Positions 29,722 through 40,302 of a stretch of 64,000 nucleotides of DNA are shown in pieces (within the stretch, counting starts at the first letter, position 1; each line of letters opens with the position of its first letter). The DNA comes from an uncultured cyanobacterium. Its GTDB lineage: Bacteria; Cyanobacteriota; Cyanobacteriia; Phormidesmidales; Phormidesmidaceae. The stretch covers positions 1-64,000 of the forward strand of contig CAWBZI010000001.1 of the NCBI GenBank assembly GCA_963793265.1, written 5' to 3'. The notes under the pieces are model-generated. The model ran no database searches and had not been told where the DNA came from. It saw only the letters and a program-made list of their open reading frames with translations. Position numbers and translations under genes: made by a program.

Positions 29722-31110
29722 CTACAAAAAGAAGCTCAAAATCAGCACGACCAAAAAGCCTACAAGCCCCAAGATAGTCTCTAACACCGTCCAAGATCGC
29801 AGCGTTTGCTGTTCACTCATGCCAAAGTACTTACCCACCAGCCAAAAGCCCGAATCGTTCACGTGAGAAAGAACCGTAGCCCCACAGGCGATCGCAATTA
29901 CAATCGCCGCTACCATCGGCGCTGAATAGTCCGCGATCTCCACCGCCGGGGCAATCAATCCTGCCGCTGTCACCATCGACACCGTAGCCGACCCCTGACT
30001 CACCCGCACCGCCGTCGCAATCAAAAACGCCAATACAATAATCGGCAAATTCGAGGCCGCCATCACATCAGCTAAAGCAGCACCCACCCCCGTAGTAATT
30101 AGAACTCTACCAAAAACGCCGCCCGCGCCCGTCACCAAAATAATTAGGCCCACCGGCTCAAAAGAACGGCTGGCAATATTGCCAATATCTCGCCTGGAAT
30201 AGCCCTGGCGCGTTCCTAAAAAGTAAAACGCCAGCAGCGAGGCCAAAATTAAAGCGACAAACGGATGCCCGATGAATGAAATCCAGTCTCTAACCGGGTT
30301 GCCCTCTGGCAAAACAACGCCTGTTACGGTATTGAGCAAAATCAGCACCAGAGGCACAGCAATAATGCCGATAACCATTCCAAACGTCAGCGGCTCTTTA
30401 GGTTTGCGCTCAGCAACGGTCGGCGCAGCCATATTCTCAGCAGCAGGCGGCGAGGCAGGTGCAGTAGTTTCTTCTTCTACAGGCGCATCAATATGAATCT
30501 GCCCGGCAATATATTTACCAAAGACAATGCCGCCGACCAGCATCGCTGGAATGCCCGCCAGTAAACCAAACAAAATCACCCAGCCCAAATCTGCCCCCAA
30601 AAGCCCGGCCACCGCAACCGGCCCTGGCGTTGGCGGAATAAAGCTGTGGGCTACGGCGATTCCTGCGGTGAGCGGGATACCGTAATAAAGTAGCGATCGC
30701 CCCGTCCGCCGCGCCATGCTATACACCAGCGGAATGAACAGAATTAAGGCCACGTCAAAAAACACTGGAATCGCCACAATCAGCCCGGTTAAGCCCAAAG
30801 CCAAAGGCGCTTGCTTATCACCGGCCTTTTTCAGCAGCGTATCAGCAATAATCTCAGCCCCGCCCGATGCCTGAAGAATCTCACCAAAAATAGCGCCGAG
30901 CCCAATAATAATTGCAATATAGCCCAGCGTACCGCCCATCCCTTCTTGAATAGTGCCTGCAATCTCAGCCGGTGGAATGCCGCCAATGACAGCGACAAAC
31001 AAACTGGCAATCAGCAGTGCAATAAAAGCCTGAAGGCGCAGATAGATAACGAGAAACAGCAGTAGCGCTATTCCTAAAACAGCGATAAAAAGAAGCGAAA
31101 AGGTAGACAT
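29722..31110 (-). CDS. gntP: GntP family gluconate:H+ symporter
   Basis: IPVFFDV, PPTPGP, RVSQGSATV, SHVNDSGFW. Confidence 0.9.
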   Translation of the reverse strand: MSTFSLLFIAVLGIALLLFLVIYLRLQAFIALLIASLFVAVIGGIPPAEIAGTIQEGMGGTLGYIAIIIGLGAIFGEILQASGGAEIIADTLLKKAGDKQAPLALGLTGLIVAIPVFFDVALILFIPLVYSMARRTGRSLLYYGIPLTAGIAVAHSFIPPTPGPVAVAGLLGADLGWVILFGLLAGIPAMLVGGIVFGKYIAGQIHIDAPVEEETTAPASPPAAENMAAPTVAERKPKEPLTFGMVIGIIAVPLVLILLNTVTGVVLPEGNPVRDWISFIGHPFVALILASLLAFYFLGTRQGYSRRDIGNIASRSFEPVGLIILVTGAGGVFGRVLITTGVGAALADVMAASNLPIIVLAFLIATAVRVSQGSATVSMVTAAGLIAPAVEIADYSAPMVAAIVIAIACGATVLSHVNDSGFWLVGKYFGMSEQQTLRSWTVLETILGLVGFLVVLILSFFL

Positions 31111-31351
31111 ATTTCCCCTGACTGCGCTATTGGGCTGATCACCCAAAATCAGCAGATTTTAAAACAAACGAGATAGATTACCTTTCAATGCTCATTAAAC
31201 AAGAGAACCCTTGCTTCTCACCTATGACAGAGATCACTCTCTTCGTTAGATTTCTTAACTGTCTGTCAAGACAGGTAGGCGCTTTTAGGTAGTTGATTTT
31301 AAACAAAGAAACGCATAGCGTAGCGAGGTGGTCTATGGCAGATTTGACGCT

Positions 31352-32302
31352 ATGAAAACGTTTACACTCAACGACGGTACCGTGATGCCCGCTTTTGGAC
31401 TGGGCACCTGGAAGTCAGCAAAAGGCAAAGTAAGAAAGGCGGTTGCTGAAGCCCTTCGTATTGGCTATACCCACGTTGATGCGGCCTGGATTTATCAAAA
31501 CGAGCAGGAGGTGGGTGAAGGAATTCGTGAGGCCATAGGCTCAGGTGCGATCGCCCGCGAGTCACTATTTGTCACCTCAAAGCTATGGAACACCTTCCAC
31601 AAACCAGAAGCCGTTGAAAAAGGCTGCAAGGAAACCTTAAGCGCACTAGGGTTGGACTACCTCGATCTTTATCTCATGCACTGGCCGATCGCCTTTAAGC
31701 CTGACATATCGCAGCACAACAGCCCTGAAGACTTTTACTCGCTAGACGAAGTGCCGTTTTCCGAAACCTTTGAAGCGATGGCGGCACTGCGCAAAAAAGG
31801 ACTGGTGAAAAGCGTGGGCGTTTCAAATTTCACGCAGTCAAAGTTAGAGAAAGTCATTGCAGATACCGGCATGGTGCCCGCAATGAATCAGGTAGAGCTA
31901 CACCCTTATAATCCGCAAAATGAGCTGCTGGCGTATTGCAAAGAGCAGGGAATTTGTGTGACGGCGTATTCCCCTTTGGGCTCAGGCGATCGCCCCGACA
32001 GCATGAAACAAAAAGACGAACCCCCGCTCCTCCAAAACGACCTTGTAAAAACCACCGCCGAGAAAGAGAACGTAACCCCTGCTCAACTCCTGATTGCCTG
32101 GGCACTAGCTCGCGACACCATCACCATTCCAAAATCTACAAACGCAGATCGTATAGCTGAGAACCTAGCCGCCACCAAACACACGCTCTCTTCAGAGGCA
32201 AAATCAGCCCTAAATAGCATTGATATCCGATACCGATACGTCAGCCCAAAATCGTGGTTCTTCCCAGGCATCACTTACCAAGGAGAAGATTTTTGGGCAT
32301 GA
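31352..32302 (+). CDS. Aldo/keto reductase
   Basis: GLGTW, DAAWIY, SKLWN, DLYLMHWP, NQVELHPY. Confidence 0.92.
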   Translation: MKTFTLNDGTVMPAFGLGTWKSAKGKVRKAVAEALRIGYTHVDAAWIYQNEQEVGEGIREAIGSGAIARESLFVTSKLWNTFHKPEAVEKGCKETLSALGLDYLDLYLMHWPIAFKPDISQHNSPEDFYSLDEVPFSETFEAMAALRKKGLVKSVGVSNFTQSKLEKVIADTGMVPAMNQVELHPYNPQNELLAYCKEQGICVTAYSPLGSGDRPDSMKQKDEPPLLQNDLVKTTAEKENVTPAQLLIAWALARDTITIPKSTNADRIAENLAATKHTLSSEAKSALNSIDIRYRYVSPKSWFFPGITYQGEDFWA

Positions 32303-32335
32303 TCTTCAAAAGTCACCTATGGTAGAAAACGCCAG

Positions 32336-33109
32336 ATGGATATCCAGCCCCTCATTCAACAAGAACTCAACCGGATCGAGGCCGAGGAATCCGTCAAGAT
32401 TATTTTCGCCATCGAATCAGGCAGTCGCGCCTGGGGGTTTCCCTCCCAAAACAGCGACTACGATGTCAGATTTATCTATGCCAGAGAGCCCTGGTGGTAT
32501 ATCAACGTCTATAAAGGCCGTGACGTGATTGAGCGCCCAATCGAGGGAGACTTAGACATCAACGGCTGGGACTTGCAAAAGGCTTTTGGCCTCCTGCGCA
32601 AATCTAATCCCGCGCTGATGGAGTGGATAAACTCACCCATCCTCTATCGCGAATACTCACCCCACGCAGATAATTTCCGTCAGTTTGCCAGACAGGCATT
32701 TCTCCCCCTGTCCGCCTGCTACCACTACCGGTCAATGGCCTACAAACACCAAATTCGCAGCGCCCGAAAATCTCAGGTTCGGCTGAAGCACTATCTCTAT
32801 ACCGTACGACCTTGCTTAGCGGCGCGTTGGGTCATAGAGCACGGCACGCAGCCGCCTATACTATTCGCTGAATTAGTCAATAGCTTGCTGCCCAACGGCG
32901 AGATTCGCGACATTGTTGATCGCTTAGTCGAGATAAAGGCCAGCACTTTAGAGATAGATACTGTTGATCGCATTCCTGCACTCGATCATTTTATTGAACA
33001 AGAATTGACGACAATTAAGGATAGATTACCGGCAGCAAAACCTGCTATGAGTAAAGACAAGTGCAATCATTCATTTAGAACAATGCTTAAAGACTGCTGG
33101 CACAACTGA
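32336..33109 (+). CDS. DNA polymerase beta superfamily nucleotidyltransferase (YcgL/RlaP-like)
   Basis: ESGSRAWGFPSQNSDYDVRFIY, GWDLQKA, KSNP.L.EW..SP. Confidence 0.85.
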   Translation: MDIQPLIQQELNRIEAEESVKIIFAIESGSRAWGFPSQNSDYDVRFIYAREPWWYINVYKGRDVIERPIEGDLDINGWDLQKAFGLLRKSNPALMEWINSPILYREYSPHADNFRQFARQAFLPLSACYHYRSMAYKHQIRSARKSQVRLKHYLYTVRPCLAARWVIEHGTQPPILFAELVNSLLPNGEIRDIVDRLVEIKASTLEIDTVDRIPALDHFIEQELTTIKDRLPAAKPAMSKDKCNHSFRTMLKDCWHN

Positions 33110-33148
33110 TAGAATCTGTTGTATCTCGCCATAAGGATCGCGTGCAAA

Positions 33149-33331
33149 ATGTCTGAAGAAAACTGGTACATCATCAAAGCCGCCTCTGAACAGTGCGAAA
33201 TTGTGACTGAGCAAAAGATCGCGTCGCTAGATACGCCGCCGACAGAACAATGGGGGCCGTTTAAAACGCAAAATCAGGCGATCGCAAAACGCGTCGGCCT
33301 GATTAGAGCGGGTAAGTGCAAACCAGCTTAA
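33149..33331 (+). CDS. Small conserved cyanobacterial hypothetical protein
   Basis: WYIIK..CEI..WGPF..AIAKRVGLIRAGKC. Confidence 0.7.
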   Translation: MSEENWYIIKAASEQCEIVTEQKIASLDTPPTEQWGPFKTQNQAIAKRVGLIRAGKCKPA

Positions 33332-33361
33332 AGGCTGATTACTAAATAGATTCTCTACCGA

Positions 33362-34654
33362 TTAGCGAACACCAGCCGTATTTGAAGACTGACGAGCAGC
33401 TCGAATAGAATCTGTCAGCACGTCAATGGCCTTAGAGTACTGCGGATCTTCTAGCGTTCCAATTTTGTCACGGTCATCGGCTAGCTCTTCACGCTGTTCG
33501 TCAGAGAGTTCCACAATAAAGTCAGGCTCAATGCCTAGCTTATTAATGTCTCTGCCCGAAGGCGTTAGGTACTTAGCAATCGTCACTGCCACGCCCGAAC
33601 CATCCGCCAAACCGCGCACCGACTGCACCAGTCCTTTACCAAAAGTTTGAGTGCCGATCAAAACCGCACGATCGTTATCTTGCAACGCGCCCGAAAGGAT
33701 TTCGCTCGCACTCGCTGAGCCACCGTCTACCAAAACCACTAGCGGCTTGTCTGTCAGCGCCTGGTTCTTAGCAACTTCCTCATCGCTAATAGAGTTGCGA
33801 TCAACGGTCGAAACAATTGTGCCGTCGTTGATCCACATCTTTGCAATGTCAATACTCGCAAAAAGCAAGCCACCTGGGTTCGAGCGCAAATCAAGCACAT
33901 AGCCCGTCACGTTACGCTCTTCTAATGCCTTAATCGCATCTCGCATTTCATCAGAAGCGTTAGCGCTGAACTGAGTGAGGCGAATATAGCCAACCGTGCC
34001 CTCAGGCGATGTTTCAACCGAGTAGCGCACAGGATGAATTTCAATGCGTGCTCTGGTAAGTTCAAAGTCGCGGGGCTCGCCATCACGCGTAATGGAAATG
34101 GTCACCGTTGAGTCAACCGGGCCGCGAATAAGATTAACCGCGTCGCTCAGCTCTAAACCTTCTGTAGATTCGCCATCAATAGAGCGAATAACGTCGCCCG
34201 AGAGCAGTCCTGCCTCGTAAGCAGGCGTGTCTTCAATCGGGGCAACAACGACAATCTCTTCGGTTTCTTCTTCTTGCGTAATTTGAATACCGACCCCGGT
34301 AAGTTCTCCCGAGGTATCGATTTGCATATTGCTAAACTCTTGAGGATCCATAAACCGCGTGTACGGATCGTCAAGCTGTTCGAGCATTTCTCGAACAGCG
34401 GTGTAGGCTTCCTCTTGATCGGTATAGTTTCTATTTAGATAAGACGTACGAACGTCGTTCCAATCAACGGCATTAAAAGAGTCGTCAACGTACTCGTGAT
34501 CGATGAGTTGCCACACCTCATCAATGAGTTCTTTGGGGCTCTCCTTAAAAAAGGCTTGGCCATCGGATAAATGAATGCCGGTGCCGGTAATCACCACGGC
34601 GGCACTCGCTAGTGCTGTTGAGCCTAAAACAAGGCCGCGCTTCGTAATAGCCAT
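33362..34654 (-). CDS. Carboxyl-terminal processing protease, S41 family (CtpC-like)
   Basis: DPYTRF, PDZ GVGIQ, DLRSNPGG, SASASEI, TFGKG. Confidence 0.9.
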   Translation of the reverse strand: MAITKRGLVLGSTALASAAVVITGTGIHLSDGQAFFKESPKELIDEVWQLIDHEYVDDSFNAVDWNDVRTSYLNRNYTDQEEAYTAVREMLEQLDDPYTRFMDPQEFSNMQIDTSGELTGVGIQITQEEETEEIVVVAPIEDTPAYEAGLLSGDVIRSIDGESTEGLELSDAVNLIRGPVDSTVTISITRDGEPRDFELTRARIEIHPVRYSVETSPEGTVGYIRLTQFSANASDEMRDAIKALEERNVTGYVLDLRSNPGGLLFASIDIAKMWINDGTIVSTVDRNSISDEEVAKNQALTDKPLVVLVDGGSASASEILSGALQDNDRAVLIGTQTFGKGLVQSVRGLADGSGVAVTIAKYLTPSGRDINKLGIEPDFIVELSDEQREELADDRDKIGTLEDPQYSKAIDVLTDSIRAARQSSNTAGVR

Positions 34655-35074
34655 AGACTAAAAAATCCTGTGTGGAGGACGTTAATTTACGCCCAATTTA
34701 GCACACCCTTCTTATTGCTAACCTGAGTTTAAGGTGAAGAGTCGCTGTTGTTGTATAAGAATGCGCAAGTATTGAGATTAAATTGCGCTGAGCACTACTT
34801 TTGTATGCAATGGGACAGTTTGAAAAGCGTACGTTCCATACCATTTATAGGCAAGCTAACAATCACGAGAGTAGTGCTGTTGCAAATGCTACTTAACAGC
34901 TTTGCGCACGTAATTGTGCAGGTCGCCATACGCACTATTGACGCGTTTTTTTCTTTTGGTAGTTTTTAAACGGCCTGAAAAAAGGCGATCGCACCCCTTC
35001 CAAAAGCAACCTCAAGAACAACCTTTCAGCCCGCAATATTCTCTCTTAAGCTGCTCTTTCAAAAGCCCTACACC

Positions 35075-36373
35075 TCATGCCTGCTCGTTTGGCGTCTGCT
35101 CGTCTGGTTCAACCCACCGACCATCTGATTTAATCAAACCGATCAGCTCTTCTACCCCTTGAGCCTCAGGCACCCGTTTTATCTCTTCTCGGCCTCGATA
35201 GAGCGCAATGGTGCCAGGCTGTTTGCCGACATAGCCATAGTCAGCATCGGCCATTTCGCCCGGCCCGTTCACAATACAGCCCATCACCGCAATATCTAAT
35301 CCGGTTAAATGGCTCGTTGCGTTGCGCACCTTATGCAGCACATCTTCAAGGTTAAACAGCGTCCGCCCGCACGAAGGGCAAGCCACGTATTCCACCATCG
35401 TTTTACGCAGGCCCAGCGCCTGCAAAATGCTGTAGCACACCGGAATTTCTTTTTCAGGCGCTTCGGTCAGTGAAACGCGAATTGTATCGCCAATACCCAT
35501 CGCCAGCAGCGTTCCAATCCCTGCGGTCGATTTGATCCGGCCATACTCGCCGTCGCCTGCTTCAGTGACGCCTAAGTGCAGCGGATAGTTCATCCCCTCG
35601 TCGTTCATGCGCTTCACCATCAGGCGATAGGCCGCGAGCATCACCGGCACCCGCGAGGCTTTAAGCGAGATAATGATGTTATAGAACGCTAGCGATTCGC
35701 AAATACGGATAAATTCTAGGGCCGACTCCACCATGCCCTCAGGCGTATCACCGTAAGTAAAGAGCATCCGTTCGGCTAAGGAGCCGTGGTTGACGCCAAT
35801 CCGCATTGCTTTGCCCTGATCGCGTAGGGAAATGACTAGAGGCTCTAGGGTTTCGCGAATTTTTGCGCCGATATTGTCAAATTCTGACTGGGTGTATTCA
35901 GTGCGATCGCTATCCGACTTCTCAAAAACGTACAGCCCTGGATTAATCCGCACTTTATCCACGTGCTTAGCCACTTCCAAGGCAATCTTCATACCGTTGT
36001 GATGCACATCAGCCACCAAAGGCACAGTCTGATAGGTGTCTTTTAGGCGAGTCTTAATCTCTGCCAAAGCTCGTGCGTGCGCCATACTAGGCACTGTCAC
36101 TCGCACGATTTCACAGCCTGCCTCATGCAGCCGACGAATCCCGGCGACTGCCGCCTCAACATCCAGCGTGTCTTCATTAATCATTGACTGCACCACCACC
36201 GGATGACCGCCGCCAATGGTAATATCGCCCACCTTTACCGGGCGAGTTTTGCGGCGCACAATCGTCGGTTCAAAGGCTTGCTCGGCGGTTTGCTCGGCGG
36301 TCTGCTCGGCGGTTACAGAGGCAGCATCACCCGTAGTCGGACTGGCAGCAGGTGGGGTAGACAGAGTTTGCAT
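35075..36373 (-). CDS. ispG: (E)-4-hydroxy-3-methylbut-2-enyl-diphosphate synthase
   Basis: [34 protein letters not shown]. Confidence 0.97.
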   Translation of the reverse strand: MQTLSTPPAASPTTGDAASVTAEQTAEQTAEQAFEPTIVRRKTRPVKVGDITIGGGHPVVVQSMINEDTLDVEAAVAGIRRLHEAGCEIVRVTVPSMAHARALAEIKTRLKDTYQTVPLVADVHHNGMKIALEVAKHVDKVRINPGLYVFEKSDSDRTEYTQSEFDNIGAKIRETLEPLVISLRDQGKAMRIGVNHGSLAERMLFTYGDTPEGMVESALEFIRICESLAFYNIIISLKASRVPVMLAAYRLMVKRMNDEGMNYPLHLGVTEAGDGEYGRIKSTAGIGTLLAMGIGDTIRVSLTEAPEKEIPVCYSILQALGLRKTMVEYVACPSCGRTLFNLEDVLHKVRNATSHLTGLDIAVMGCIVNGPGEMADADYGYVGKQPGTIALYRGREEIKRVPEAQGVEELIGLIKSDGRWVEPDEQTPNEQA

Positions 36374-36463
36374 AGTTCAAGTTTGAGCGCTCAAAGTACT
36401 CTAGCGCAAGTCGCTCTGGCGACATCTATACGCAAGGAAAATCTTATTTATCAGCCCAATTTA

Positions 36464-36961
36464 TTATTCCAGTTTGGCGGTGCATTCGAGGATCATTCGC
36501 TGATTAGAGAGCGCGTAGGGCTGCACTTCTAGAGCGCCACGAAAGGCTTGAATCGCAGCAGTATAGTTGCCAAGCTGGCTGTGGCATAGGCCAAGGCCGT
36601 GCAGTGCGCCAAAGTGATAGGGCACAAGCTGAATGGTCTTTTGGCAGTCTGCAAGTGCTCGCCAGTAGTCTGCCTCGGTGTAGCGCAATACCGCCCGCCG
36701 ATTCCACGCCTCAGCAAAATCTGGCTGGGCCTGCACTACTTCACTTAGCAGCTTATCGGCCTGAAACATTTGCTCAGAGTGCAGCAGCGTTTCGGCCTGC
36801 ATGAGCTGCTGCGCCCCGTAGGCCCCCTTTTGATGAAACCAGTGGTGCCATAGGGTAGAGGTGGCGCGATCGCGCGCAGCCGAATCGGGATCTTTCAGCG
36901 CAGCTAGCAAAGCTTCGATCTGAGCAGCATCCATAGACAAAAGATCCTCAAAAAACGTCAC
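36464..36961 (-). CDS. TPR protein
   Basis: PDFAEAWNRRA, HFGALHGLGLC. Confidence 0.8.
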   Translation of the reverse strand: MTFFEDLLSMDAAQIEALLAALKDPDSAARDRATSTLWHHWFHQKGAYGAQQLMQAETLLHSEQMFQADKLLSEVVQAQPDFAEAWNRRAVLRYTEADYWRALADCQKTIQLVPYHFGALHGLGLCHSQLGNYTAAIQAFRGALEVQPYALSNQRMILECTAKLE

Positions 36962-37008
36962 TCGAAAAGAGATATTACAACGAACAGAACGCGCTAATCA
37001 CATCATAG

Positions 37009-37045
37009 AAAAAGCTTGGCGACTAAAGTGTCAGCCAAGCTTTTT
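37009..37045. terminator. Intrinsic terminator, bidirectional-looking
   Basis: AAAAAGCTTGGC-N13-GCCAAGCTTTTT. Confidence 0.7.
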
Positions 37046-37208
37046 ATTGAAAGGAGAGACTTCAGGCAGCCTTAAGAACTTACCGCCTTAACGATAGGGC
37101 TATACAGCGGTTAAGTGTAAGGATCAAGAGCTTAGTCAACACGTGGCTGTTTCTGGGGGCCATAAAACAGGTGGCTAGCCTCTCCTGGAGTCTCTCTTGC
37201 AGTTAGCC

Positions 37209-37631
37209 TTAAGCAGCCTGCTTACGCTTGACAACAATCAAACCGGCAGCGGCGATCGCTAAGCCAGCAAGTGCCGTGGGCTCAGGCACAGTTGCTACAG
37301 CTTCAGCAGCACCAATTGCCGCAGAAGCTACTGCATCTGCACCAGTCGCCTCGTCAGTCGTGGGTGCCGGAGGCAGCACGTCTGCGATAGTCGTTGGCTC
37401 AGGATCAGTGTCGATGCTAACTTCAGGCGCAGCCGGAGGTGTGGTACCTGTAGGAGTATTGCCAAAGCCACTGCTAGGCTGAGCGGCCACTACGATAGAT
37501 GCCGAAGCAGACTGCTCGGCGTCAGCTTGCTGAGCGGAAGGGGTCTCTTCGCCGCAGGCAGTTGCCAACAAGAGCAAAGGCAAGGATACTTTCAAACCTT
37601 GCTTCTTGAAGAATTGGATGGTTGGGTTCAT
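37209..37631 (-). CDS. Low-complexity lipoprotein with a PEP-CTERM sorting signal
   Basis: GGAGG RBS, LLLLATAC lipobox, Ala/Thr/Pro/Ser-rich body, VPEPTALAGLAIAAAGLIVVKRKQAA tail. Confidence 0.8.
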   Translation of the reverse strand: MNPTIQFFKKQGLKVSLPLLLLATACGEETPSAQQADAEQSASASIVVAAQPSSGFGNTPTGTTPPAAPEVSIDTDPEPTTIADVLPPAPTTDEATGADAVASAAIGAAEAVATVPEPTALAGLAIAAAGLIVVKRKQAA

Positions 37632-38058
37632 GAATGCCTCCATATGGGATCTGAATGAATGGGATCTACAAAACATTCCGTGCTACCACCGAGGCTTTAT
37701 CTCTGCGATAGGTTGGCGTCTGTGTACATCTATCCACAGAAACAATCGGAAGATCAGCAAAAACTAGGAGGCTTCACGAAGGCTATACATCGCTTTGGGT
37801 GAAAGCACTTAGAGCATTTTTAACCAGGTTTCTTTGAGTTCAATTTTACTTGATACGTCTGGCGTAAAAAGATTATGCAACAACGTCTGCACAGCAGCAG
37901 TTTTGACCTTTTTTGCGAAACCAAGCGCTCGCAGAACCCATCAACTTACTCAAATACGCAAGTGTCTTTTACGACTAACAGCAACCTCATGAAAACTAGG
38001 CATTTCTATATAAAGTTACCGACAATTGAGGCGTTGCAAAGTGCCTACTCAATCACCT

Positions 38059-38478
38059 TCACTCAACCGCTAAGGAAACGCTACGCCCACCGACCTCACG
38101 CAGCTCGCTAAGTAACGTCGCAATGTCGTCATACGGAAGGGCGCGGTCAGCTTTGAGCATAATGCTACCGTCAGGATTTTCTTGGAAATATGCTCTAATA
38201 GCCGGAGAAAGCTCGCTGATGCTTGTGATTTCACCGTCTATTAGCAGTTCTTTATCGCTGTTGAGCCCGATAGTAAAAGGTTTACGCTCATCCGCTCTAT
38301 CGGTTACGGCTTTGTCTGCACCTTCTACCGATCTCGGCAGCGTAACACCGTTGACTTTCACACCCGTTAGACCCATAGAAATAATTACGAAAAAGATCAG
38401 CACCGTCATCAAAACGTCCATCATCGGGACGAGATTGACTTCAGGAATGCGGCTTTTAGGACGGCGACGAGTACGCAT
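38059..38478 (-). CDS. exbD: ExbD/TolR biopolymer transport protein
   Basis: NLVPMMDVLMTVLIFF, LKAD. Confidence 0.9.
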   Translation of the reverse strand: MRTRRRPKSRIPEVNLVPMMDVLMTVLIFFVIISMGLTGVKVNGVTLPRSVEGADKAVTDRADERKPFTIGLNSDKELLIDGEITSISELSPAIRAYFQENPDGSIMLKADRALPYDDIATLLSELREVGGRSVSLAVE

Positions 38479-38544
38479 GAGTATTTGGTTCTATTGAGTT
38501 TAGGGATCTAAATCTGGTTGGGCTCTTTTGGTAGAGTTCGTGAC

Positions 38545-38964
38545 CTATTCTTCCAAGGCCAGTGAGACGCGATCGCCGCCCACCATCCGCATATCGCCCA
38601 AAAACCGCATCACCTGCTCGTAAGGCAGCTCGCGACTAGGCACTAAGTACACCACGTTCTGAGGATTCTGAGCCAGGTAAGCTTGCACCCTAGCAGAGAG
38701 CTGATCGGGGCCAATCGGTTCGCCATTTAATAGCTGCAGGCCCGTCGCGTCCATTTCAATAATGAAAGGCTCTTGCGCGGCAGCATCGGCTGTTGGCGTA
38801 TCTTCGCTCTGCTCCGGCGGCAAATCGACCTGTATAAGCTGCTCGCTGCCGAGGGCCACTGAAATCACCACAAAAAACGCCAGCACGCCCATCATCACCG
38901 TGAGCATCGGAATCAAGTCGATAGTCGGAATGTCGTTTTCTTCTGAGGTGTGGCGAAAGCGCAT
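38545..38964 (-). CDS. exbD: ExbD/TolR family protein (conserved TM Asp replaced)
   Basis: IDLIPMLTVMMGVLAFF; tandem with a second exbD. Confidence 0.85.
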   Translation of the reverse strand: MRFRHTSEENDIPTIDLIPMLTVMMGVLAFFVVISVALGSEQLIQVDLPPEQSEDTPTADAAAQEPFIIEMDATGLQLLNGEPIGPDQLSARVQAYLAQNPQNVVYLVPSRELPYEQVMRFLGDMRMVGGDRVSLALEE

Positions 38965-39005
38965 GAGGTTAACTGCCTTAATATGCCTTAATATATGGAC
39001 GACTT

Positions 39006-39749
39006 TTAGAAAGAGGGCCGTTCAGTCGCACTCAAAGGTGGCGTCGTTCGCGCTGAAGAATCAGGCTGTGGCAGGCGACTTCTGGGCGGCGCAGCATTTT
39101 GAGGCACAGGGAGCCTGTCGGCCTCGTACCAATACTCACGATATATCAGCTCCAGCTCGTTCCCTGCTTCAGAAAAGTAGTCCATTTGCTGAGCTTGCAG
39201 CGTCACCATAACCCGTAAAACCAGTAGGGCTAAAATTGCCACCACCATGCCCGCAGCGGTGGTAACCAAAGCTTCACCAATGCCCCCGGCTGCTTCAGTT
39301 GCACCCACGCCGCCATCGCCACCGCCAATATCTAAGCTCTCAAAGGTCGCAATCAGACCCGTAACTGTTCCGAGCAGCCCGAGCAAGGGAGCCACTGCGA
39401 CAACGGTTTCTAGCAGCTTGTCGCCCTTTCGCATTTTTACAAATTCTTTATCGCCCGCGTTCTCCAAGGCCAATCGGAAGCTATCAGGAGAGGGATTTTT
39501 GAGACTCAAAGGGGCGAGGAGGAATCGAGCAATGGGAAGATCGCGATCGCGTGCAGCAATAGCCGCAGCCTCCGGCAAATCCCGACGGGCCATATCGAGC
39601 ACTTCATTAACCACGCGGGCCTCTCGCTTGAGCAAGTTCGTCCAAAAAGTAGCTCGCTCTAATGCGCAGGCCACCGTAAAGACAGACGCCCCTACAATAG
39701 GCACCATCACAGGGCCACCCTTGGCCAAAAAATCGAAGACGGTTGACAT
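39006..39749 (-). CDS. exbB: MotA/TolQ/ExbB proton channel
   Basis: APLLGLLGTV, GIGEALVTTAAG. Confidence 0.9.
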   Translation of the reverse strand: MSTVFDFLAKGGPVMVPIVGASVFTVACALERATFWTNLLKREARVVNEVLDMARRDLPEAAAIAARDRDLPIARFLLAPLSLKNPSPDSFRLALENAGDKEFVKMRKGDKLLETVVAVAPLLGLLGTVTGLIATFESLDIGGGDGGVGATEAAGGIGEALVTTAAGMVVAILALLVLRVMVTLQAQQMDYFSEAGNELELIYREYWYEADRLPVPQNAAPPRSRLPQPDSSARTTPPLSATERPSF

Positions 39750-39909
39750 AGATTTTAAGAGATATCCGCAGATCTTCTGTAGTCTTAACTAGATATAGGA
39801 TTTGCCACCCGAAGGCGGCTGTAGATGCGAGAATTTTAAGTAAAAATCACTCAAAGGACTATAGCCGTTGCTGGCGATCGCTAAGTAAACAGAAGATTAA
39901 ACCTGAACG

Positions 39910-40302
39910 CTACACAAGCTGGCGACGATGCATTTCACTCAGCAGCCAGTTTGCCATGGTGGCCCTGCGCGTTAGCCGGGGCACAAGCTGATCGACCGAG
40001 TAACCCTTGAACCCCAGATAAGTTTTGAGCAACTGCTTATTCTCTTTGGGAATAGAGCGGGTGAGCTGCACCGTCGCCGGACGGCTTTCGATAAAGTTAG
40101 GCGGTTGGGGGTACTTTTCTCGCCATTTTTCGTCTACCTCATCAGTCAGCCATTGTGTTTGATCAGCCGCTTGATCAGGCGTACCCGTGTAGCGGTAGCC
40201 TAAGGTATGCCACACAAGCTGGTTCACAGTCTCATCGGGCAGCTCATTATTTAAGATCGCCCACAGCGTTTCGGTGGTTAGGGGAGGAAGGTTAGTCATC
40301 AT
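39910..40302 (-). CDS. DUF1823-like cyanobacterial protein
   Basis: VNQLVW..LGY, YPQPPNFI, LTRSIP, LGFKGY, TRRATMANWL. Confidence 0.75.
   Translation of the reverse strand: MMTNLPPLTTETLWAILNNELPDETVNQLVWHTLGYRYTGTPDQAADQTQWLTDEVDEKWREKYPQPPNFIESRPATVQLTRSIPKENKQLLKTYLGFKGYSVDQLVPRLTRRATMANWLLSEMHRRQLV

Noticed and set aside
33119..33331. Transposase
   Set aside because: Only about 60 aa, with no DDE triad and no terminal repeats.
39820..39860. Fur box upstream of exbB
   Set aside because: AT-rich but only a weak match to the consensus; cannot be supported.
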